Origin: Patescibacteria group bacterium
Lineage (GTDB): Bacteria; Patescibacteriota; Patescibacteriia; Veblenbacterales; UBA10138
Assembly (NCBI GenBank): GCA_041645215.1
Contig: JBAZQK010000005.1
Coordinates: 23,562-87,561, forward strand
Direction: 5' to 3'
DNA: 64,000 nucleotides
Position numbers and translations under genes: made by a program. Positions 47,308 to 56,871 of the stretch are shown in pieces. Positions within the stretch are counted from its first letter, which is position 1. Every line of letters begins with the position of its first letter. Below the pieces are notes generated by a model. The model saw only the letters and a list, made by a program, of their open reading frames with translations. It searched no databases and had not been told where the DNA came from.

Positions 47308-48204
47308 TTATTTAATCATGAAATCGGGTAGATATTCGAAGTGAGTACTTTTGTTAGTAACATGTTTCTTTTGTTCACGGCAGTTACATTTTATGCCTTT
47401 GATTTTAGAAAGTTTGGGTAGAGCGGCAAGAAATATATCAAACGTCTTTTTTCTGCCAGTAATGATGTTGTTATCAATACATGTGCGAGCCAAAGGATCT
47501 TGCGCTAAAAAACGTGCTCTAAGTTTTCTATCATCAATCGTAGCCGCTAATCCAACATAATGACATCCAGCTTCTCTGGCTAGTGTTGCCTCTATGTCAG
47601 CGGTTTGACCGACAACATCCCATCTGTTTTTTGCATAATAATTTAATTCAGCTTCTGTTTCAATGCGAGGATAACCATGAAAGCAGACGTATATACCTTT
47701 TTTGTGCACTTTAAAGGGTATAAGCTTTGTTGATTGTATTAAGACATCCGTGGCTTCAGCACAAAATGGTTTAAGCATATCAACGTTTCTAAAGCCAGTG
47801 TCCATGTTTCTTGTTTGATCATAACCACCCATGCCGACTAAATCGTTTAGGATGTATACATCGCCAGCCTGGCTGTTGGGCTTGATTGAACCACAAGTAA
47901 ACGTTCCAACAATCGTTTCTATACCCATACTTGAAAGTGTTTCTTGTGTAAGGAGGAAATTAATTTTTTGTGACGTAGATCTAATTCGATCAAATCTTCC
48001 ATATATGATAATAAATGGAATACCCGCATGTTTAGTTAAAAAACAGCGATTGTGGATGCCGATTTTTGTTTCTACTATGATGTGATTATACGGGTTCTTA
48101 TTTAAGAACCAGTCAGGTCTAGCAATAATAGCGACCTTAGTTTTGAATTCCTTGCTGGCTTGGGCAAGTGACTCAAAATTTACGTAAAGACTTTGACTTA
48201 TCAT
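47308..48204 (-). CDS. MTAP/purine nucleoside phosphorylase-like protein (divergent)
   Basis: GYPRIETEAE and DVVGQT..EATLAREAGCHY resemble GPRFET.AE and DVVGMT..E..LARE. Confidence 0.75.
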   Translation of the reverse strand: MISQSLYVNFESLAQASKEFKTKVAIIARPDWFLNKNPYNHIIVETKIGIHNRCFLTKHAGIPFIIIYGRFDRIRSTSQKINFLLTQETLSSMGIETIVGTFTCGSIKPNSQAGDVYILNDLVGMGGYDQTRNMDTGFRNVDMLKPFCAEATDVLIQSTKLIPFKVHKKGIYVCFHGYPRIETEAELNYYAKNRWDVVGQTADIEATLAREAGCHYVGLAATIDDRKLRARFLAQDPLARTCIDNNIITGRKKTFDIFLAALPKLSKIKGIKCNCREQKKHVTNKSTHFEYLPDFMIK

Positions 48205-48205
48205 A

Positions 48206-48832
48206 TTAACTCCTTTGTATAGGTATTACTTGAGAAATTATTGACAAGCATTCATTGATTGAGTTTTTTTCTGTATCCAGCATTAAGTAATTTCTATGCA
48301 ATCTAGTTACATGATAGATCAATCGTTCTTGCATAGTTGAAATCAAATCTGGTTTATTGAAAAACAAATGATCAATTTCAGTACTATTGCTGTTATCTTT
48401 AATTCTTTTGAGTATAATGTCTGGATTGGCTTGTAAAATAATAGTGAGATGAGGATTGATCAATAAGTTTCTTCGCAAATATTCATCAAGTAATAAAGAA
48501 TCAGCGTTTAGGTTGTGAATTTCTCTGAAGGTTGTTATTGATAAATCATATCTTTCTTGTACAACTGTTTCTCCTCTAGCAATACTCGGCAGAATAGAAT
48601 CACTTGTATCAAAAATGCAATCAGCCCAGTAGAAGGCAGTTGAATAACCAAGATCAGTTATTTCTTTTGATTTGACTTCGCTGGAAAAAGGGGAATTGCT
48701 CAAAGCGCCTCGTTTGTGTCGGATAATTTGTTTGCTATTGTTTCTTAATAGTTTAACTAACTCAATAGCCAGAGTCGTTTTTCCGCATTTAGGAGGAGAC
48801 TCAAAGACTATGAATAATCCTGGATTTTTCAT
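48206..48832 (-). CDS. Thymidylate kinase-like nucleoside monophosphate kinase
   Basis: FIVFESPPKCGKTT P-loop, G.TVVQERY (DRY-like), PHLTIILQA. Confidence 0.8.
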   Translation of the reverse strand: MKNPGLFIVFESPPKCGKTTLAIELVKLLRNNSKQIIRHKRGALSNSPFSSEVKSKEITDLGYSTAFYWADCIFDTSDSILPSIARGETVVQERYDLSITTFREIHNLNADSLLLDEYLRRNLLINPHLTIILQANPDIILKRIKDNSNSTEIDHLFFNKPDLISTMQERLIYHVTRLHRNYLMLDTEKNSINECLSIISQVIPIQRS

Positions 48833-49032
48833 GTCATTACCTCTTATTTAGTTTGTAATATACAATTTCAATTTAATTGATTTTGTTATTGTGTTTAGTT
48901 TTTGTTACTTTTTGTTTATCATATCTTAGTATTATTTGAGGTAAAGTCAAGCCTTGCTTTTTTTCTGTTAATTTGCTAGAATATTTTGAATAAATAAAAC
49001 TAAAAAAGAATATTAAAAATAGAGGTATAAAA

Positions 49033-50295
49033 ATGAAAGAAAAAATAACTTATGGTCTTGATTTTGGAACTTCCAATACGGCCATTGTGGCTAATTATAA
49101 GGGAATTCTTAGACCAATCCCCTTGTCTTCTGATGGCAGTTTGATAACTCCAACCGTATTGTATTTTCCGCCGGATGGCAGAGTGTACAAATTCGGAGAT
49201 GAGGCCGTTAAAGAATATCTCGCCCGAAAAATGAAAGGCAGATTTATGCAGTCGCTTAAATCGTTTTTACCAAGTGAGTCTTTTTCTGGAACTTATATCT
49301 CCGGTTTTGGGCACAGGTATCTGCATGACTTGATTGCCCTTATATTTTCCGAGGTTAAAAAAAGAGCCGACATTCTGATTGGTGAGAACATAAGATCGGT
49401 AGTTATCGGTATACCAGCTAAATTTGTTAATGAATTAGACAACTCTTCAAGAAATTTAGCAGAAGAAAGATTGCGCATGGCCGCTGATATGGTTGGTTTT
49501 AAAGAAGTTAATTTTATTTTAGAGCCAATAGCCGCGGCTTATTACTACGAAACTTTATTAAATTCATCGGAAACTGTTTTGGTTGGTGATTTTGGCGGCG
49601 GTACTACAGATTTCACTATTATGAATCTTTCTCCAAATGGTAATAAAAAAATTGACCGCAAGGACGATATTTTGGCAACCAGCGGTATACCCATAGCCGG
49701 GAATAACTTCACTTCGGACTTAATGCGCAACAAGTTGCTTAAATACTTTGGCCAAGGTAGCAAATTTAAGTCTTGGGACAAGTGGTTAGAAATGCCCGTT
49801 CATATTTTACAAATGATATGTAAATGGGAAAATTTAGCCTTTATGAGGACTCCGGAATACCGCAAGACCATAAATATGCTTCTCAATAAAACAGATGATT
49901 ACGATGGTATATCAAGATTGCACACTCTAATAGAAGATAATCTTGGTTATACATTGTTCCAATCTATAGAAAGAGCCAAAATTGAGTTGTCGGGAAATGT
50001 TGTATCAAAGATATTGTTTTCGGAAAGCAACATTAAAATTGACGAGGAGGTGTCTAGAGAGGAGTATGATTATTTGATAGGTTATATGTACGAAAAGATA
50101 GATGAGACTATACAAGAAATGTTAAAGGTCTCATCAAAAAATCCGAAAGATATCGATGCGGTATTCTTAACTGGCGGAACTTCTTTTACTCCACTGATAA
50201 AAGATTATTTTACTAAGAAGTTTGGTAAAAATAAGATTAAAAGTAAAGATAATTTTACCGATGTTGCCAACGGTTTGGCCGCTTCGATGGTATGA
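49033..50295 (+). CDS. Hsp70-family ATPase, YegD-like (no substrate-binding domain)
   Basis: GLDFGTSN, EPIAAA, DFGGGTTDF, E.AKIELS, LTGGTS. Confidence 0.88.
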   Translation: MKEKITYGLDFGTSNTAIVANYKGILRPIPLSSDGSLITPTVLYFPPDGRVYKFGDEAVKEYLARKMKGRFMQSLKSFLPSESFSGTYISGFGHRYLHDLIALIFSEVKKRADILIGENIRSVVIGIPAKFVNELDNSSRNLAEERLRMAADMVGFKEVNFILEPIAAAYYYETLLNSSETVLVGDFGGGTTDFTIMNLSPNGNKKIDRKDDILATSGIPIAGNNFTSDLMRNKLLKYFGQGSKFKSWDKWLEMPVHILQMICKWENLAFMRTPEYRKTINMLLNKTDDYDGISRLHTLIEDNLGYTLFQSIERAKIELSGNVVSKILFSESNIKIDEEVSREEYDYLIGYMYEKIDETIQEMLKVSSKNPKDIDAVFLTGGTSFTPLIKDYFTKKFGKNKIKSKDNFTDVANGLAASMV

Positions 50296-50592
50296 AATGA
50301 TTTCTAAAAATTGAACGGGACTTGAGAAATTGATTTTAATCAACTCAAGTCCCTATTTATTTGCCTGCGATTAGTGCAAATACTTCCATACCCACACACC
50401 AGTCCCGTCTGACGGGACCAGCCCGACCAAGTCGGAGCGGTGCGGCCTGCCCGCCTTGGGCGAGGACTTCGCTTCCCAATATCAAAGTATTGGTCGTTTT
50501 TAATTATCACAATTTATACTTAAGAATTTCCCTATATGTTTCCGCAGTAAAGGGTTGTCGCAGGACAACCCTTATTAATTGATTGCATGCAT

Positions 50593-50621
50593 TTGACATA
50601 TTTTTTGTATTGTATTAGGAT
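50593..50621 (+). promoter_or_regulatory. Sigma70 promoter for the T-box leader
   Basis: TTGACA-17-TAGGAT. Confidence 0.65.
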
Positions 50622-50656
50622 ATAGAAAAATAGTTCTTTGTAAGAAATCTAAAAAT

Positions 50657-50970
50657 CAGTGACCAGGAATAGTAGGCTATTTAAGTCTAGCCGAGAGAGG
50701 GGAGAATAGTGTGAACTCCCTCTAGACCAATAGTTCGAATGGCCCTGCGAGATGTAAGCCGAAATTGGCTGACTTTAGCCAAAAGTAGTCTTTACCGGGA
50801 TTTACCCGCCGTAACCATGGGTTAGAACGTGTTGCCCCAAGCAAAGCGTTCTGAAAGCGTTCTCCGCCTCGGCGGAGAGAATAAAGGTGGTACCGCGAAG
50901 GTTGATATGACCTCCGTCCTTTAAACAGCATAGCTTGACTATGTTGTTTGAGGGATGGGGGTTTTTTGTT
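50657..50970 (+). promoter_or_regulatory. T-box riboswitch (transcriptional), specifier most likely UGG (Trp)
   Basis: Stem I with GA motif, AGTA, AGAGA and GTGAA elements. Specifier loop GAA-TGG-C (50737-50743), GCCGTAAC stem IIA/B-like motif, AAGGTGGTACCGCG T-box (50884-50897), terminator with T-run. Confidence 0.88.
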
Positions 50971-51037
50971 TAGCTCTTTAACAACTATATAGAATGTAAA
51001 AACAAATTATAAAAATAAAATAATAAGAGGTGTAGTT

Positions 51038-53593
51038 ATGCAAGCAAAAACATTTGAAGTATTAACTGTGTCTTTAGACCAATGTTTAATTGAGGGCCCT
51101 AGTCGTGTTGGCATTAAGGCTTGGCGTCTAGCGCAGTTAGACAGTTATGGTTATAAGGTTCCACCAGCCTTGATTATCCCGGCTGATGAGGTTGTTCGTA
51201 TTTGGAAAGATGGGCAGCTTATAATATCTGACGAAATCGTAAGTGATTTGTGGCATTACAGTTGTAAAAGATTAGAGGCAGGTAGTTTAATTGTTCGTAG
51301 TAGTGGACAAGAGGACGGTGAAAAATTATCTTTCGCTGGGCAGTTTAAATCTATAACTGATGTAAATTCAGTGGAGGAATTTAAGGAAGCTCTGCGTAGT
51401 TGTATAGCTTCTTCAGAGTCTGGTTCAATACAGAATTATAGTAAGGTTATGAATGGCAAAAATTACAGCGAGGGATATTCAGTAATGATAATGCCCCAAA
51501 GAGATTGTGTTTTTTCAGGGATTTTATTTTCGGAGGTGCATGTCAATGGCAACGAATCTGATCTTATCGTTTTGCAAGTTACACATGGTAATAACTTTGG
51601 TTTAACTTCAGGTTCAGAGTCTGGAGATATTCTGTATATTGACAAGTTAGATGGTTCAATAATATGCAGTATACCGCAAAAAAGAAAAGTTGCCGGATTT
51701 GATTCCGTAACCGTTGAGAGACTGTATAATATGGCGTTGGCTCTTGAAACTAAGTTTGGTTTTTCAGTTGATTTAGAGTGGGGGGTAATGCTTGATGGAA
51801 CCATTGAACTTTTTCAAGTGCGGCCAATTACTACCCTTAATAGCCCAGATTCATCCAATGTTCGTTTAAGGAGCATAATACAGACAGATTCCTTAATGAA
51901 AGCATCTTTGCTTAGTTTAAAAGACAGGCATATATCATTGGATGTTAATTACTGGAGTGACCAGAATATCGCTGAATTGATTACAGACCAACCTTCACGT
52001 ATGGCATTTGGTATATTTACTTACATATTTGCTCACGGTGACGGTGCAATTAAAATTGGCCGTAATCAAATGGGGTATGATATAGGCGATGAATTGACAG
52101 ACGGTTTTTTTGAGCTTATAGGTGGCCGACCGCGTTGTAGTATCATACACGACGCTCTAACCTATAGGGTGAAAGGAATACCACTGGACGATTATGTTAG
52201 TGGATTTATATCTCGTTATTTAGATAAAATTAAAAATAACGTACAATACGCTAACTATCCAGAGGTGGTGTTATATGAACAAAATCCAGCGCAAGATTCG
52301 CTTATTGAAATGTTTGGTAGTGAAAAGGGAGAGCAGTATGCTAAATATTACCAAAATTTTTTCGATAGAGTTAATCAGCTTGAGAAAACAGTGGTAGAGG
52401 AATTTAAATTATCTTTTGAACCAAGTTTTATTAAGTATATTGAAGGTAAAAGAGATGATATCGCCGGATTAGACTCTTCAGATTTGGGAGAGCTAGTGAA
52501 CTATGCGCAATCAATACTGGATCATTTGAGAACAGTAAGTTGTGTAATGTTTGTAAAGATAGCAAGGCTAGGATTCTTTGCTTATGCCCGTTTACGGGAG
52601 CTACTCAATGGCGAATTTGGGGAAAACAAAGGCAGACATCTTCTCGATCAAATGACCGCCGGACTGGAAGACGACTCATCAATGTTATTTAACGTTAGAC
52701 TTGCCCAGTTAAGAGATGAAATTGTCGACATCGAGTCGGTACTGTTAGAATTCGGACATTTGGGACCAAACGAATTGGAGATAGCCAATCCTAGATATCA
52801 TAATCAAGTTGATATACTTAAGAAATTATCTCAAAGGATTCAAGGAAATCCAGCTAACGAATTACATAATCGTGCGGTCGAGGCCGATAAGGTAACTAAT
52901 GAGGTCGCAAGCTCGTTGGATGAGTCTTTGGCCGCTAAACTGCGCAAGGATGTTAAAATTGCTAGACGTTATCTTGCTCTTCGCGAACGTGCTAAATATT
53001 ACTTTCTCATGGAATATGATTGTTTGCGTCAGGCATTGGAAAAAATTTCTTCAGAACTAAAATTGGAGCATAGGTTAATATTCGAACTGGATCCGCGTGA
53101 GTTGTCTCTCTTGGTTAGTGATATTCCCCTGGCATTATTGCTGATGAGAAAGCGCTACCAAGAAAGGGATATCCTGGCTAATATTCATATACCTCCAGTG
53201 ATAACACTTAATAACTTGGGAGACATCGGCCAAGATTCTTATGATCCTACTGAGAAAATCATGATGGGTATAGGTATTACGCCAATAGTAACGACCGGTG
53301 AAGCCATAGTTGTTTTAGATCCTAACGATACGGAAGGCCTATCAAGATTAAAGCCAGGTATGGTGCTTGTTGCCAAGACTACCGACCCTACTTGGGCACC
53401 GATTATTGCTGCTGTAGGCGGTAATGGTGCTTTGGTGACTGAAATAGGCGGACCGTTGGCTCATGGGGCAATAGTGGCACGTGATCTCGGTATAGCTTGT
53501 GTACAAAATGTTCCCATGGTAACCAAAAGAATACAAAATGGAAATATTGTTAAAGTTGATGGTAAAAATGGAATAGTTACAGTTTTATCTTAA
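51038..53593 (+). CDS. PEP-utilising dikinase-like enzyme (PPDK_N ATP-grasp + central domain + phospho-His swivel; RPH/PigC architecture)
   Basis: VGIKA, IVRSS..EDG..SFAGQF.S, DLEWG...FQVRPIT, TDPTW, GGPLAHGAIVAR.LGI. Confidence 0.88.
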   Translation: MQAKTFEVLTVSLDQCLIEGPSRVGIKAWRLAQLDSYGYKVPPALIIPADEVVRIWKDGQLIISDEIVSDLWHYSCKRLEAGSLIVRSSGQEDGEKLSFAGQFKSITDVNSVEEFKEALRSCIASSESGSIQNYSKVMNGKNYSEGYSVMIMPQRDCVFSGILFSEVHVNGNESDLIVLQVTHGNNFGLTSGSESGDILYIDKLDGSIICSIPQKRKVAGFDSVTVERLYNMALALETKFGFSVDLEWGVMLDGTIELFQVRPITTLNSPDSSNVRLRSIIQTDSLMKASLLSLKDRHISLDVNYWSDQNIAELITDQPSRMAFGIFTYIFAHGDGAIKIGRNQMGYDIGDELTDGFFELIGGRPRCSIIHDALTYRVKGIPLDDYVSGFISRYLDKIKNNVQYANYPEVVLYEQNPAQDSLIEMFGSEKGEQYAKYYQNFFDRVNQLEKTVVEEFKLSFEPSFIKYIEGKRDDIAGLDSSDLGELVNYAQSILDHLRTVSCVMFVKIARLGFFAYARLRELLNGEFGENKGRHLLDQMTAGLEDDSSMLFNVRLAQLRDEIVDIESVLLEFGHLGPNELEIANPRYHNQVDILKKLSQRIQGNPANELHNRAVEADKVTNEVASSLDESLAAKLRKDVKIARRYLALRERAKYYFLMEYDCLRQALEKISSELKLEHRLIFELDPRELSLLVSDIPLALLLMRKRYQERDILANIHIPPVITLNNLGDIGQDSYDPTEKIMMGIGITPIVTTGEAIVVLDPNDTEGLSRLKPGMVLVAKTTDPTWAPIIAAVGGNGALVTEIGGPLAHGAIVARDLGIACVQNVPMVTKRIQNGNIVKVDGKNGIVTVLS

Positions 53594-53613
53594 AAACTAA
53601 AATAATCTTGTAA

Positions 53614-53643
53614 AGGGAGTCTATTTATGGACTCCCTATTTTT
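53614..53643 (+). terminator. Rho-independent terminator
   Basis: AGGGAGTC...GACTCCCT followed by ATTTTT. Confidence 0.65.
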
Positions 53644-53687
53644 ATTTTCAATTATTTGTTAATATTACTTTATAATTAAAGTAGTTT

Positions 53688-54380
53688 ATGGATTCCAATA
53701 GCATACAATTTTTCTTTATTCGTCATGGTCAATTGGTTGAACCTTACTTGAATCATTTAGTTATGGATTATTCTACTTTAAGTGATTTAGCTACGAGCGC
53801 ACTTGACCCTGGTATTAATAAGAACGCCATTGATTTATTTAATAGACAAACGAGCGGGCTTGATTTTTCGGCTGTTTCACGAATCTATTATAATAATTCC
53901 GGTTTTCAATCACGCCGTTCATTGGAATCGGCTAAAATTATGGCCGAAGTTTTTTTAAGGCGCTATAAAAAAGAAATAACTCCGGTTGGTTTGTCGGAAC
54001 TTAAAGAGGTTCGTTTTGATGTTCGGCAGCTAGTGAGTAAAGATGATTTTAAAATCAATGGTATGCCAGCCATTAGGACAGCTTTGTATAGTTCTTTTGT
54101 TAACGGCGGTAGCGCCGAGTCAATAGTTGAGCTAGAAAAGCGAATTGGCGTTATTAACAGCGTCGCGGCCAGGCGTGCTCTTAAAAGAGAAAGCGTATTG
54201 TTTGTTACTCATGATTTTTTTATGCGGGTGTTGGAGGTTTATATAAATCGTGCCGATAGGTTGCAAGGAGTAACGATAAATGATTTTGAGAAAACCTCGC
54301 TTAATTCGTATTTTTCTGGTTTTTTAACCACTACTGAATTTAATAGTCTTACGCGCTGGGGTTCAGATATATTTAAATAA
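53688..54380 (+). CDS. Histidine phosphatase superfamily protein
   Basis: FFIRHGQ, RRSLESA, L.EV.F, LFVTHD. Confidence 0.75.
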   Translation: MDSNSIQFFFIRHGQLVEPYLNHLVMDYSTLSDLATSALDPGINKNAIDLFNRQTSGLDFSAVSRIYYNNSGFQSRRSLESAKIMAEVFLRRYKKEITPVGLSELKEVRFDVRQLVSKDDFKINGMPAIRTALYSSFVNGGSAESIVELEKRIGVINSVAARRALKRESVLFVTHDFFMRVLEVYINRADRLQGVTINDFEKTSLNSYFSGFLTTTEFNSLTRWGSDIFK

Positions 54381-54431
54381 ACAATATAAACCTGAAAAAT
54401 ACCAAGGCGGTATTTTTAACAGCGGAGCTAT

Positions 54432-54848
54432 ATGAGCACAAAATGTAAATATCAAATTACCGTTGGGGGCGTACTGTTAAAACAGAATAAGGTTTTATTG
54501 CTACAGCGGGCAGCCAGCGAAAGAGTGTTGCCAAATTTGTGGGAACTGCCGTCGGGCAAAAAAGAAACGACAGAAACTATATGGCAAGCATTGGTTAGAG
54601 AGTTTAAGGAAGAAACCGGCTTAAAGGTAAAAATAGTTAAACCGATTTCAGTTTTTGATTATCGGCTTATTAAAGATAGGCAAAAGGTTTATACTACGCA
54701 AATTAATTTTTTAGTTAAATACACTGGCCGTAGGTTAGAAATAAAACTAAGTCCGGAACACAGGGCTTATAAATGGGTAGGTAGGAAGGATTTGAAGAAA
54801 CTAAAAGTTTCCAGGGAAATAAGTAGGGTTGTAAATTCCGTTTTGTGA
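54432..54848 (+). CDS. NUDIX hydrolase (MutT-like)
   Basis: WELPSGKKE..E....ALVREFKEETGL, LSPEH..YKW. Confidence 0.9.
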   Translation: MSTKCKYQITVGGVLLKQNKVLLLQRAASERVLPNLWELPSGKKETTETIWQALVREFKEETGLKVKIVKPISVFDYRLIKDRQKVYTTQINFLVKYTGRRLEIKLSPEHRAYKWVGRKDLKKLKVSREISRVVNSVL

Positions 54849-54939
54849 AAATTCTCCCCAATGTTTAGCCGGGGGAGTTTTTAGTTTAGCTTAACCAGCG
54901 CTATTTGATAAATTATGGTAAGCCATTTATAGTGTTAAT

Positions 54940-56019
54940 ATGAAAGGCGCTATAGTAATTAAGATCGGCAGCAACTCATTGCTCGACACGCAAGGTAATA
55001 TCGACCACGCGTTCCTCCGGAGGGTTGTGAGTGTGCTTAAGGAAATACAAAGTCGAGGGAAGTTTTCTTTATTGGTGTTGTCTGGAGCGGTATTAACCGG
55101 CAAGTCTGACACATCAGCGTTAGCCTCATATGCGGCCCGGGCCGCCCGTGGACAACTAATTATCACAGCCTTAATGCATCAACTTGGTGAATCAGCGGGT
55201 GTGAAATTTAGTCAGTTTCTTATTTCACGGCAAGATATTGTTGACCGCGGTCGCTACAATACTTTGCAAAAGACTTTTCAGGAAAGTCTTAATGCCGGCA
55301 TTATTCCGCTTATAAACGAAAACGATGCTACGGCGGCGGCCCAGACTCATGATTTTATAGATAATGATCAAGTGGCCACTATTGTTAGCATGGTAGTTGG
55401 TGCAGAGAGTTTATTTTTATTTACTAATGTGGCTGGCGTTTTTCGCGCCGCGCCAGACGATGAAATAAAAGAGGAGCAGGCTCCTATAGCTTGTATTACA
55501 GATGTGAATAAAGAATTGATGAGTATGTATATAGGCAAAAAAAGTCTAGTTGGCCGTGGCGGTATGGAATCAAAACTGAGCGCCGCTCGTTTGGCTAGTT
55601 TTGTCGGTATTACCACTTATATTCTGGATGGGAGAATAATTGAACATGCGCTTGAGATAGTTGATGGTAAACAGTGTCGTGGCACTGTTTGTTTACCATG
55701 GCCACAACCGATTTCACTGACTGATCGTAGCCGACGGTTGATTGTTTCACACACATCAAGCGCGAGTATTAAGGTTGATGTCGGTGCGGTGGCGGCTCTT
55801 CATCAGCGGAAAAGTCTATTGGCTGTTGGTGTAACACGTGTCTATGGTACTTTTGATGTTCAAGACTCGGTTGAAATAATTGATTACAACAATCACCCAA
55901 TCGCACTCGGTGTATCGTCTTTGTCCAGCGTTGAACTTAGTAAAATAATTACGGCTAAGGACCGTCCGTTTAATGTTGAGGTAATACATGCTGATAATTT
56001 AATCTTGTTTCCTTTATGA
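54940..56019 (+). CDS. proB: Glutamate 5-kinase with PUA domain
   Basis: VIKIGSNSL, SGAV, PLINENDA, DND, GRGGMESKL.AA, KSLL.VG, EVIH.DNL. Confidence 0.93.
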   Translation: MKGAIVIKIGSNSLLDTQGNIDHAFLRRVVSVLKEIQSRGKFSLLVLSGAVLTGKSDTSALASYAARAARGQLIITALMHQLGESAGVKFSQFLISRQDIVDRGRYNTLQKTFQESLNAGIIPLINENDATAAAQTHDFIDNDQVATIVSMVVGAESLFLFTNVAGVFRAAPDDEIKEEQAPIACITDVNKELMSMYIGKKSLVGRGGMESKLSAARLASFVGITTYILDGRIIEHALEIVDGKQCRGTVCLPWPQPISLTDRSRRLIVSHTSSASIKVDVGAVAALHQRKSLLAVGVTRVYGTFDVQDSVEIIDYNNHPIALGVSSLSSVELSKIITAKDRPFNVEVIHADNLILFPL

Positions 56020-56852
56020 AAAAAAATAATATCGTAGTTATTGGCGGGGGCAATATGGGCCAGGCCTTTATCCGGTGTTTATTACGGCTGCCTGGGGTTT
56101 TGCCCCGCGATATTACGGTGGTGGAACGCAATTCAACCAAGCGCCAAAAATTGGCTGCACGTTTTTTAATAAAATCTGCGCCGGATTTATCATCACGGCT
56201 GCTTAACCAGGCTACGGTGGTTTTAGTGGCAGTTAAACCGCAGGATTTTCCCGGCGTGGCCGTATTAATGCGCGGCCAGCTTCCCCAAACCGGTTTACTG
56301 ATATCAATTATGGCCGGGGTTAGATTGGCCACCGTGCAAACGGCGGTTGATTTTACACGGGTGATTAGAGTAATGCCGAATTTGCCAATGATTTTAGGCC
56401 AAGGTTTTTCGGCTTGGTGCGCGAGCCGCCGGGTAACTAGGGAACAAAAAACTTTTATACGCGCGCTGTTGTCGGCTGGTGGCCAGGAAACTGAAATTCG
56501 TGATGAAAGCCTGTTTGACGCCATTACGGCGGTCAGCGGTTCCGGACCGGCTTATATTTTTTCTATGGTGGACAATTTGATGGCCGCGGCGGTTCGTTTA
56601 GGTATAAAAACAGACGTGGCTAAGAAAATGGTAATGCAAACTATCAAGGGTAGTGTGGCTCTGCTGGAGCAATCAGCTGATTCACCGTCTGCCTGGCGCC
56701 GACGCGTAACTTCTAAAGGTGGAACAACCGCGGGCGCCTTTCGTATTTTAGACAAAGCTCATCTTGATAAGCTGTGGTTTAGGGCCTTAACAGCCGCGGT
56801 CCAGCGTTCATATTCACTGTCGGTTTTAATTGACAGACAGTTGCGAAAATAA
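56016..56852 (+). CDS. proC: Pyrroline-5-carboxylate reductase
   Basis: IGGGNMG, AVKPQ, RVMPN, TAVSGSGPAY, VTSKGGTT. Confidence 0.96.
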   Translation: MKKNNIVVIGGGNMGQAFIRCLLRLPGVLPRDITVVERNSTKRQKLAARFLIKSAPDLSSRLLNQATVVLVAVKPQDFPGVAVLMRGQLPQTGLLISIMAGVRLATVQTAVDFTRVIRVMPNLPMILGQGFSAWCASRRVTREQKTFIRALLSAGGQETEIRDESLFDAITAVSGSGPAYIFSMVDNLMAAAVRLGIKTDVAKKMVMQTIKGSVALLEQSADSPSAWRRRVTSKGGTTAGAFRILDKAHLDKLWFRALTAAVQRSYSLSVLIDRQLRK

Positions 56853-56871
56853 TAAGGCAATTCGAAATTTT

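Noticed and set aside
35628-50527. CRISPR array interpretation of the recurring hairpin repeat
   Set aside because: Copies are kilobases apart with whole genes between them, and there are no cas genes or regular spacers.
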